This document shows, piece by piece, positions 1-7,447 of a stretch of 20,000 nucleotides of DNA. This DNA comes from an uncultured virus (IMG/VR IMGVR_UViG_3300004686_000002). Taxonomy: Duplodnaviria > Heunggongvirae > Uroviricota > Caudoviricetes. How positions within the stretch are numbered: position 1 is the stretch's first letter; each line of letters opens with the position of its first letter. The notes below the pieces were generated by a model. The model was not told the DNA's origin. It did no database searches and saw only the letters and a program-made list of their open reading frames with translations. Location of the stretch: positions 111,626-131,625 of IMG/VR virus record IMGVR_UViG_3300004686_000002, one strand, 5' to 3'. The position numbers were made by a program, and so were the translations under genes.

Positions 1-1
1 C

Positions 2-118
2 AGGCTCTTGAACGACGAGAAATATGTGATCAGCTACTACAAGGATAATTGGACTCCTCAAGGAAGTTATAGAGTCTTTGTGATTTACGGAAAAAAGAAG
101 GAAACCTCTAATGAATAA
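2..118 (+). CDS. 3' end of hypothetical protein (partial, runs off window start)
   Basis: Open frame from base 2 (RLLNDEKYVISYYKDNWTPQGSYRVFVIYGKKKETSNE*), stop TAA at 116-118 overlapping the next start. Confidence 0.6.
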   Translation, partial: RLLNDEKYVISYYKDNWTPQGSYRVFVIYGKKKETSNE

Positions 119-845
119 TAACAACCAAACAAAAATACCTCTATCTCCAGAAGAGGCTTATCTTGCTTCTAAGCTTTTTGGCAGAAGCTTGTTCAGTGCT
201 ATACAACTTGCAAAAGAACAGGAAGAGGCCACCCGCAGAATGGAAGGTCTTGGTGGAGGAGACACCTTGAGAATTCCTATTCCTGTAAATACTTTGCACA
301 AAACCAGTGAAGAGGGCGAGGCTTCTCCTGGGTTGATAGGAAGAGCAATCAGATTCAACAGAAACCCAATTCGCTCTGTGTTTGGTGGTGAGGCAGGCTT
401 TCACGAAGCCAGGAGAGAATACTTTCAGCAACAGAAGATGCAGATACAGCGTGAACTTCAGGATGCGCAAAAAGAATATCTCCAAACACTTCAAAAGATT
501 AAGCAGGGTGAATTAGAAACCCCTAACGTGGATGCATTCTGCAATGGATTGGCTGCAGAAGCGACCATCAGTGAAATTCTTCCTAAAACTGCAGGTAATA
601 CTGCAGAAGATGTAGAAATAAGCGATCACAGCCTAAAGAGACTTCTTGGTAAAGGCCTAGGTATCTTGAAAAAGCCTGTTGACCCTGTTATTGATTTAGG
701 TGCCACAGGATTAATAGGTACAGGCGCAGGTAGTGCTTATCTTACTTATGTTATTAAGAAGAAGCTTAGAGAGAAAAATCACGCTGAGGATTATATCTCT
801 AACATTCCTACCAGAGTAGAATTAGAACCTTACAACATAGGATGA
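111..845 (+). CDS. Hypothetical phage protein, possibly virion-associated (coiled coil plus Gly-rich hydrophobic C-terminal helix)
   Basis: 244-aa ORF, overlaps both neighbours (ATGA junction with next gene); no recognisable catalytic motif. Confidence 0.7.
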   Translation: MNNNNQTKIPLSPEEAYLASKLFGRSLFSAIQLAKEQEEATRRMEGLGGGDTLRIPIPVNTLHKTSEEGEASPGLIGRAIRFNRNPIRSVFGGEAGFHEARREYFQQQKMQIQRELQDAQKEYLQTLQKIKQGELETPNVDAFCNGLAAEATISEILPKTAGNTAEDVEISDHSLKRLLGKGLGILKKPVDPVIDLGATGLIGTGAGSAYLTYVIKKKLREKNHAEDYISNIPTRVELEPYNIG

Positions 846-1330
846 AAATAGACTGGAGCGAATTTGAAAGAGGATTTTCCGATATGGAAAAAGAGGGAGG
901 TTTTTTAACCAACCTCTTAACCTCCCGTGTGAGTAAAATATTAGATAATATTGCACCCAGACCTAATCCAGGAATAGCTCCACTGCTTCCACAAATGCAG
1001 GGAAAGTTGAATTTAAACTTAGGCCCTGAAAAAACCATTTTTAATACTCCAGCTAACGAAGTGCACAGCATAGGCTCTCCTGTTAAAGGGCAAGAAAAGT
1101 TAGCAGGACTCATAGATCCTCATGTGCTTAGAAGTGTATTAACAGCAAAAGCCGTTAAAGGTGCGGTAAATACCATTGCGGGTCCAGACGCACCAGAAAC
1201 TTCTGAGGTACCTGAAAAAAAGGTTATTTTAGAAACTAAATATCCTGAAATGAAAAAACTTCTTGAAGATGAGAAGACTAAAGCATATCTTGAATCCTTA
1301 CTCACAGAGGATTTGAACAATGCAAGCTAA
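842..1330 (+). CDS. Hypothetical phage protein
   Basis: 162-aa ORF translationally coupled to upstream gene (ATGA at 842-845). Confidence 0.7.
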   Translation: MKIDWSEFERGFSDMEKEGGFLTNLLTSRVSKILDNIAPRPNPGIAPLLPQMQGKLNLNLGPEKTIFNTPANEVHSIGSPVKGQEKLAGLIDPHVLRSVLTAKAVKGAVNTIAGPDAPETSEVPEKKVILETKYPEMKKLLEDEKTKAYLESLLTEDLNNAS

Positions 1331-1532
1331 ACAAATCTATATTCCGTCTTTAAAAATAAAAGGAACATACCTAGAAGAAATCGGCGGAGAAAAAGAAAAA
1401 GTGACCTACCCTGGTAAGCCTATAGAGGTAGAGTTAACAGCAGAAGATTTCTTATCAGAAGAAGATTATCACAGTGCCTGGATAATAATAACAAGAGCAG
1501 TGCAAAAAAAGCTTTCAAATGGAGTTTCCTAA
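1320..1532 (+). CDS. Small hypothetical protein directly upstream of RpoB fragment 1
   Basis: 70-aa ORF filling the gap, with short overlaps at both ends. Confidence 0.6.
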   Translation: MQAKQIYIPSLKIKGTYLEEIGGEKEKVTYPGKPIEVELTAEDFLSEEDYHSAWIIITRAVQKKLSNGVS

Positions 1533-2172
1533 AAATACCAGAGATTTTTTTGATCCGCATGCACTGAATAAGCTTATTCAGAAACATGTGCTAGAAGGTT
1601 TTAAGTCTAAGTTAGGGCAGATAGAAACAAACGACCACAAGTTAGAGGTAGAGAACATAGAGATACACCCAAAGCCATTCTCTATAGAGGACCAGAAAAA
1701 GGCTATCTTAGAAAAGCGTGATCTTACTTACCCAATAAAGGGAGATGTGCACTTGGTGGATAAACGCACAGGTCAGCGGGTAGAATCCAAACATATTACC
1801 ATTGCGAATATTCCTTTTGTCACAGACAGGAATACGGTTGTGTATAACGGCAGTGAGTATGAGCCTATTCATCAGCAGAGATTGCTTCCTGGGGTTTACT
1901 CCAGGATTCGCCAAAGCGGAGAAGCAGAAGCTCACATCAATCCGGCCCCTAGAACAGGAATGGGCGGAAGAATATTATTTTATCCAGACAAACAACTTTT
2001 TGTTTTGATGCTTCAGAACACGCAAATAAAGCTTTATGGTGTGATGAGAGATCTCGGCGTGTCTGATAGCCAAATGCAAGCCGCCTGGGGAAATGAGATT
2101 TATTTAGCCAATAAGAAAATGTACACAGGCGACGAAATAGACAAGTTGTACAATAAAATATTTTTAAGTTAA
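1519..2172 (+). CDS. rpoB: Phage RNA polymerase beta subunit, N-terminal fragment (protrusion and lobe)
   Basis: [34 protein letters not shown] matches RpoB [46 protein letters not shown] matches ILRALxYTTEQI; only 217 aa. Confidence 0.85.
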   Translation: [217 protein letters not shown]

Positions 2173-2175
2173 AAT

Positions 2176-2208
2176 TTGCAACCCTACCGTGTCAGAGGTA
2201 TATATTAA
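2176..2208 (+). promoter_or_regulatory. Putative promoter TTGCAA ... GTATATATTAA
   Basis: TTGCAA at 2176-2181, 17 nt spacer, TATATA(TT); the 11-mer GTATATATTAA recurs at 3199-3209. Confidence 0.5.
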
Positions 2209-2226
2209 GAGGAGGTGAACACACAC

Positions 2227-2448
2227 ATGAATAAAAACGCATACGAAATCAGATTAGACATTCTTATGGACGCTCACAGGTATTGTACTGAATTATTTCA
2301 GCACAAAGCCTCTGCGTTTATGGCGGCAGCTGAGAAAGACAATAAGGTTGTTTCACCAGAAGCAATTGAAAAGCTATATCCATCAAAAAAGGAAATCATC
2401 AGCACTGCAGAAATGTTTTATGAGTTTGTGGGAGGCAGCCACAAATAA
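2227..2448 (+). CDS. Conserved small phage hypothetical protein (YEIRLDIL ... YPSxxEIIxxAExFYEFV type)
   Basis: AGGAGG at 2209-2214 upstream of ATG 2227; motif pattern resembles a small-protein family I recall from large myophages. Confidence 0.7.
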   Translation: MNKNAYEIRLDILMDAHRYCTELFQHKASAFMAAAEKDNKVVSPEAIEKLYPSKKEIISTAEMFYEFVGGSHK

Positions 2449-2481
2449 AATATTGCATACTAACAAACAATAAGTAATAAT

Positions 2482-2565
2482 AACTATCAGCAATGGAGAA
2501 ACCTTATGTTTCTCTGGATTAGTAATCCTAGTCTGTTGCAAGGGCATAATCCATTGTTGATAGTT
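2482..2565 (+). ncRNA. Candidate structured RNA or 5' leader (multibranch fold)
   Basis: 16-bp closing stem AACTATCAGCAATGGA (2482-2497) / TCCATTGTTGATAGTT (2550-2565) with one G-U, enclosing GAAAC-CTTAT-GTTTC and TGGATTAG-TAATC-CTAGTCTG hairpins. Confidence 0.45.
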
Positions 2566-2594
2566 CAACCAAAAACAAACAACAATTAAAAATT

Positions 2595-3110
2595 ATGGCT
2601 ACCACATATTCAGTTCGTAAAAACGCTTCTGGCGTTACAGCCGACAATCAGATCGGTGGACTCATCACTTCTCGCTACGAGAAGGCTAGCATGGCCTTCG
2701 GCACTATTCCTGCCGGAAGCTACAATTGCGGCGACACCATCAGCTTTGATGATGTTGACAGCCGTTATATCGTTGAGGCTCACGTCACGGCCCACCTCGG
2801 TGGCGGTGTGATCGCTCTTGATGTTGTTCCTGGAACGGATCTCACCGCAGGTCCTCTCGCGCTCAACATTGGTACAGGAGCCACGGGCGCTGGTACAGGC
2901 GGAACGGGAACTTATTCCAACAACAACCCTGGTCCTTTGCTCAGCTATGTAATTTATTACATCCGCGGTAACGGCACCCAAGGTTCAGCCGGATCCACGA
3001 ATCCTAACGTTGGTGGTTCTGCTGGTGATCTCCTTCAGGTCACCGTGTCCGCTAGTGCAATTGTTACCAAGGATTCTGTTTCTAACACAGAAACAGGCCC
3101 TACTGTCTAA
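2595..3110 (+). CDS. Gly/Thr/Ser-rich probable virion structural protein (decoration or fibre-like)
   Basis: 171 aa, small-residue beta-rich composition, visibly higher GC than flanks, own leader and strong terminator. Confidence 0.6.
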   Translation: MATTYSVRKNASGVTADNQIGGLITSRYEKASMAFGTIPAGSYNCGDTISFDDVDSRYIVEAHVTAHLGGGVIALDVVPGTDLTAGPLALNIGTGATGAGTGGTGTYSNNNPGPLLSYVIYYIRGNGTQGSAGSTNPNVGGSAGDLLQVTVSASAIVTKDSVSNTETGPTV

Positions 3111-3125
3111 TCTTTAGACCAGTTA

Positions 3126-3168
3126 AAAAAGAATGGGGGTGTGGAGAAATCCACACCCTTATTTTTTT
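3126..3168 (+). terminator. Rho-independent terminator
   Basis: GGGTGTGGA-GAAA-TCCACACCC hairpin followed by TTATTTTTTT, A-run upstream. Confidence 0.85.
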
Positions 3169-3179
3169 ATAAAAAGCAC

Positions 3180-3209
3180 TTGCGCGTAGCTAGAGATCGT
3201 ATATATTAA
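3180..3209 (+). promoter_or_regulatory. Putative promoter TTGCGC ... GTATATATTAA
   Basis: Directly after the terminator; same 11-mer as 2198-2208. Confidence 0.5.
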
Positions 3210-3244
3210 TTCTCGTCAGTAACACTTAAACAAATAATAAACAC

Positions 3245-3391
3245 ATGGAAGAATCAAAAGAATCCCAAGTATTTCGTCTTGTTCAAGAGCTTGAACAAAC
3301 CAGGAAAAATAAAAAAGCCGAGATGCAGGCTTATAACGAAGACATCAAAAGAATCAACGCCGAGATAAAAGAATTATTAACCAAGGAATAA
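3245..3391 (+). CDS. Small coiled-coil protein (48 aa, absent from ORF track)
   Basis: MEESKESQVFRLVQELEQTRKNKKAEMQAYNEDIKRINAEIKELLTKE*, ends 1 nt before the next ATG. Confidence 0.65.
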   Translation: MEESKESQVFRLVQELEQTRKNKKAEMQAYNEDIKRINAEIKELLTKE

Positions 3392-3392
3392 T

Positions 3393-3674
3393 ATGAGCGC
3401 ACAAGATGAACAAAGAGGCACAGTAGAACTTCCCGCAGTGGTAAGTACAGAAACAGACAAGCATATCTCTATGCTCCTGATAGAGGACGGTCTAGCTCAA
3501 GTTGAAGATCAGCTCAATGGGCTAGAATCAGGAATTGCCGAAGTCACAGAAGCAAATAAGCAGCTAACAGAAAGAATGAATATGCTACAAAGCCGAAAGA
3601 TCGCAGCTACGGCCCAAAAAAACCTATTATTCGAATTGCAGAAAAAGATTACTGAGTTGTCGGCTGCTCAGTAA
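3393..3674 (+). CDS. Hypothetical coiled-coil protein
   Basis: 93-aa ORF with heptad pattern; AAGGA upstream. Confidence 0.7.
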   Translation: MSAQDEQRGTVELPAVVSTETDKHISMLLIEDGLAQVEDQLNGLESGIAEVTEANKQLTERMNMLQSRKIAATAQKNLLFELQKKITELSAAQ

Positions 3675-3682
3675 ATAACTAT

Positions 3683-4036
3683 ATGTCAGAGGCTCCTAAT
3701 AATTTTATTATATTGTTAGGAGCCTCTGCATGGTTGGCTTATATTCTATTGGTTTGGTTTAGAACAAATGCGTTTGCCGAGTATATAAATCTTTTCAAGC
3801 TTTCTAAATATTTTAAAGTAGGCAAATATTATGAATTGGTAGAAAACGGCTATCCGGATGGATACGTTCAATTTTTAAAGGAATATTATCACGACTCTTT
3901 CCTGGTTCGTTTAGTTACATGTCCTATTTGTTTTGGATTTTGGTTAGGTTTAGATATTGCTTTGGTATTTAATATTAACTTTTTAGTTATACCTATAGGC
4001 TTGTTTTTATATGGCTGTTTAAATAGAATTATTTGA
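3683..4036 (+). CDS. Membrane protein with CxxC motif, DUF1360-like
   Basis: Hydrophobic helices and LVTCPICFGFW motif. Confidence 0.6.
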   Translation: MSEAPNNFIILLGASAWLAYILLVWFRTNAFAEYINLFKLSKYFKVGKYYELVENGYPDGYVQFLKEYYHDSFLVRLVTCPICFGFWLGLDIALVFNINFLVIPIGLFLYGCLNRII

Positions 4037-4037
4037 T

Positions 4038-5615
4038 ATGGCCGGATTAGAAATAAATACATCTAGTGTAATACTAGGCTCACCAGATACTTTAGGAGTT
4101 CCTCAATACACGGCGCAATATCAGCCAGGATATTTTAGTATTTCTAATGAGTCTGTTGTAGTTACTCAGTTAGCATTAACAAATGCATTAGACTTAGTTG
4201 TAAACAGCCCAAGTTTATTAAGTGTTGGTCAGATTGTAGAGGCTTATGGCATTCAGCCCAATACAACAATAACTCAGATCTATGGAAATACCATAACTCT
4301 TAGCGCGCATCTCACACATAATATTTCTAGTGGCACTAGTCTTATATTGGGCACAATAACCCCGCCAGATAACTGCGCATTACCCGCACTTAGCGCTCCT
4401 CTATTAGACTTAGGCAGCCCTATCACACCTATGGATAGGGCCTGCAGTTTTGCATTTCCAAACGTAAATCTTGTAACGCCTGTTTATAACGCTCCGAATA
4501 TTGCTGCTCTCGCCTGTCAAACAGTTCAGGTAAAAGGAAACATAGTGCAGACTGGGGCAGCAGACGGGCAAATAACTGTTACTAGCTCTGGCAACGCCCC
4601 TGATTGCGGTATTTTATTGGGAGGAAATATTCACGTTACTGCGTGTGAAAATTTTAAAATTGATTCTAATGTAAAGCTCACAGGCAGTGCGCAAGGAAGT
4701 TTAACATTCGGAAGTGTTTCTAGCGCTCCTGACTGCGGAGCCCAGCTTACAGGGAATATATTCGTTCCTCAGGCTTGCGAGGTTATTTTTGTCGAAAAAG
4801 GAAATATTAATTTTCCCCCTAATATGGCGGGATCTGCGTTTAATATTTACAACAAACAGTCACTCACGGCAACAACAGGGCCTACAGGCGGAGGCGGTGG
4901 TCCTCCATGCACAATAAGCTATGATTTAGACCTTCATGTTAATGCCTGTGAAGCAATTAAAATAAATCCTATATTCAACCCTCCCTCGGCTTTCTCGGGA
5001 TCCACTTTCCTGGTTAAACCAAAAGCCATAACAGGTCCAACGAGCTCCACAGGCCCAACAGCTTCTATATCTTCTGCTAGTTACGCTCAACAACAAGAAG
5101 AAAATTGTTCGGTGGATTTAAAACTGGATCTTGTGACTAACTTTTGTGAAGCTTACAAAGTATTTGGAACAGTTACCACATCAGGGATGGCACAAGGAAA
5201 CGTAAAACTGTCCTCCTCTGGGAATAAAGGGCAATGCCAGCTTATATTAGATGGTAATATAGAGGTACCAGAAATTCTATTTGATAGCGACGTACAGACT
5301 CACGGGTTACCTTGGAGTGTTGATGTTCTGCGAGTACCAAGCGCGGCAGGTGCTACGCATACTCCTCCTCACTATCAACTAAAAGCAGACTTTAAGCTAG
5401 GAGATAAGTTGTCATCTGTTCTTAGTGGCTGTTGGTTACCTATATCTGTTTGCGTTCTCGGAGTAACAAGGGATATTTATGTTTGGGTGGTTGGATACCG
5501 CGGAGATAAACGATGCCCAGGCCCCACTTGCTGCTTACTGCCATCTAATCCAAACGACGGTCGTAGTCCTATCGAAATATATAGTGGCTGGTATAACGGG
5601 TATGCTCCTGCGTAA
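4038..5615 (+). CDS. Large Cys-repeat protein, probable virion (tail/baseplate/fibre) component
   Basis: 525 aa; internal repeats PDCGILLGGNIHVTACE / PDCGAQLTGNIFVPQACE / PPCTISYDLDLHVNACE / NCSVDLKLDLVTNFCE. Confidence 0.6.
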   Translation: MAGLEINTSSVILGSPDTLGVPQYTAQYQPGYFSISNESVVVTQLALTNALDLVVNSPSLLSVGQIVEAYGIQPNTTITQIYGNTITLSAHLTHNISSGTSLILGTITPPDNCALPALSAPLLDLGSPITPMDRACSFAFPNVNLVTPVYNAPNIAALACQTVQVKGNIVQTGAADGQITVTSSGNAPDCGILLGGNIHVTACENFKIDSNVKLTGSAQGSLTFGSVSSAPDCGAQLTGNIFVPQACEVIFVEKGNINFPPNMAGSAFNIYNKQSLTATTGPTGGGGGPPCTISYDLDLHVNACEAIKINPIFNPPSAFSGSTFLVKPKAITGPTSSTGPTASISSASYAQQQEENCSVDLKLDLVTNFCEAYKVFGTVTTSGMAQGNVKLSSSGNKGQCQLILDGNIEVPEILFDSDVQTHGLPWSVDVLRVPSAAGATHTPPHYQLKADFKLGDKLSSVLSGCWLPISVCVLGVTRDIYVWVVGYRGDKRCPGPTCCLLPSNPNDGRSPIEIYSGWYNGYAPA

Positions 5616-5619
5616 ATTT

Positions 5620-6312
5620 TCAGCTTTCTGGAACCTCAACAACAGAGTTCAAGAAAGTCTGATGATCTATCCAAATTTTTTTACCAGAAGAGTCCTCTAC
5701 TAATCTATAGAGCTTACCGTCTTCTCCTTTTCTGCAGTTTTTAACAAAAAAGTTTACCACGCCTATTGTTTCGGCTTCTACTGTTTGAATAGGGTCCATT
5801 AGTCCAAACTGACTCTCATTAACACTTCTGGAGCTATCAGGAATGCTCTCTGTGCTTCCTATGCCGCCCTCACCCATCTTGCTGACTTTGTGGGCAAGCA
5901 TATATTGCTCCATAGGATTTACACCCTCGATGTTTTGGCTCAGGGCGTTACCCACAAAAACACTCTTTATTTGAGGAGTAAAAAAGCCGCTATGCAGCCA
6001 GGATAGATTTCTTTTTTGTCTGAGCTTCATCTTTGCTTTCATTTGTATCTTACCCGCATCGTGCTCTATGTGCTCTTTGACATAATCCTCCGCACCTAAA
6101 AATTTTGAATACGCCAGGTTATCTCTATCATCGGGATGTACTTCTCTGCTATAAACCTTTAAAAGCTTACTCGTTGTCTGCAGTAATACCGCGGGATTTA
6201 TGTGGTTAACAGACATACCAAGGGTTTTCCCCATAACACCCACGTCTAGTCGAATGTTTCCAAAGTATTCTTTTATTTTTTGTGCCTTCTCGGCCTTAGT
6301 CATCGTATTCAT
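5620..6312 (-). CDS. rpoB: Phage RNA polymerase beta subunit, middle fragment (fork / rifampicin-binding region)
   Basis: DDRDNL matches [35 protein letters not shown] matches [54 protein letters not shown] matches [25 protein letters not shown]. Confidence 0.9.
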   Translation of the reverse strand: [230 protein letters not shown]

Positions 6313-6427
6313 CTGAATTATTATATCTTGTAAATTAAAACCTACAATCAGAATTGCTAAGTAAAGATATTCTTTGACGAACGTAAAATATGTATTAATA
6401 TATTATTAGTGTGCTAAATAAAACTAT

Positions 6428-6616
6428 ATGAATTTTGAATTCAACTACGACCCTGAGTCAGAGGAGATATCTATCACTTATGACAATTCGATAACCCTCA
6501 GGGCATACCAACAAAACGGTAAAATAATTTTTGTTAACTTTGATAGAGTAGACGACCCGGACATAGAAGACCTTTTAAAAAACGTTTGCAAAAACACATA
6601 CAGTCTGCTTACTTAG
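6428..6616 (+). CDS. Small acidic hypothetical protein
   Basis: 62-aa ORF after AT-rich divergent intergenic region with TTGACG at 6374. Confidence 0.6.
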   Translation: MNFEFNYDPESEEISITYDNSITLRAYQQNGKIIFVNFDRVDDPDIEDLLKNVCKNTYSLLT

Positions 6617-6620
6617 TCTA

Positions 6621-7064
6621 ATGGCTAAAAGCACTAACACACAGAATAGATTATCTTGGGATGAGTATGGTATGCTTCTCGCATACGCGGCAGCCCTCAG
6701 ATCAGAAGATCCATACAAAAAGGTAGGAGCAGCTGCCCTGCGCAATGATTATAGTGTTGCAGGTACTGGTTATAATGGAGTACCGAAAGGGGTGGATATT
6801 TCCTGGGAAGATAGAGAAGAGCGCAGAAAATATGTGTGTCACGCAGAATTGAATTGTTTAAGATACACAAAGCCTTCAGAAGTACATACTATCTACACCA
6901 CACTGTCCCCTTGCTCAGACTGTATTAAAACAATAGGAGCATTCGGTATTAAAAGAATTTTCTTCTCAGAAATTTACGACAGAGATAAATCTTGCTTTGA
7001 AATTGCTGATGTATTTGGTATAGCTATACAACACTTTCCATTTAACCCACAAATAATTTTTTAA
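6621..7064 (+). CDS. dCMP deaminase (deoxycytidylate deaminase)
   Basis: RSEDPYKKVGA, TGYNG, HAELN and PCSDC zinc-deaminase motifs. Confidence 0.92.
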   Translation: MAKSTNTQNRLSWDEYGMLLAYAAALRSEDPYKKVGAAALRNDYSVAGTGYNGVPKGVDISWEDREERRKYVCHAELNCLRYTKPSEVHTIYTTLSPCSDCIKTIGAFGIKRIFFSEIYDRDKSCFEIADVFGIAIQHFPFNPQIIF

Positions 7065-7070
7065 ATCTTG

Positions 7071-7099
7071 TTGACAATACTATGAAGCCGAAAGATAGT
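7071..7099 (+). promoter_or_regulatory. Sigma70-like promoter TTGACA-N17-GATAGT
   Basis: Perfect -35 with 17-nt spacing; overlaps the start of the 7082 ORF. Confidence 0.45.
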
Positions 7100-7252
7100 G
7101 ATGATGAGTTTTATAACCCCTCTCACAAAAAAGAAAATGATGGGGGGAATAAAAAAAGTGAGTTTGTTAAAAAAATAAGAAAATATCAAAAATCTATAGA
7201 ACCTGACGAATATGACGAATACTACGAACACAGAGACGACACAAGAGACTGA
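7082..7252 (+). CDS. Small charged hypothetical protein (56 aa, absent from ORF track)
   Basis: MKPKDSDDEFYNPSHKKEND...YDEYYEHRDDTRD*; fills gap but overlaps the next ORF by 41 nt. Confidence 0.4.
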   Translation: MKPKDSDDEFYNPSHKKENDGGNKKSEFVKKIRKYQKSIEPDEYDEYYEHRDDTRD

Positions 7253-7439
7253 TACTTGTAAAAATTGCAAGTACTGGTTTAAAGTTCAAAATGAAGCAGC
7301 TGAGACAGAAGGTGCTTTAATTTTTGGAAGGTGCAAAAGAAATCCTCCCCTTTTTGTACAAAAGGATGATACTACTTATACAGGATTCCCCATGATTGTG
7401 GACCACGAATGGTGCGGAGAATTTATCCCTAAGCAATAA
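7212..7439 (+). CDS. Small Cys-rich (putative Zn-binding) phage protein
   Basis: CKNCKYW ... GRCKRNPP ... FP ... WCGEF pattern. Confidence 0.75.
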   Translation: MTNTTNTETTQETDTCKNCKYWFKVQNEAAETEGALIFGRCKRNPPLFVQKDDTTYTGFPMIVDHEWCGEFIPKQ

Positions 7440-7447
7440 ACACATAT

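Noticed and set aside
2160..6330. Active invertible segment, intron or split intein joining the rpoB pieces
   Set aside because: No terminal inverted repeats, recombinase, group I/II intron motifs or intein termini (C/S ... HN) visible
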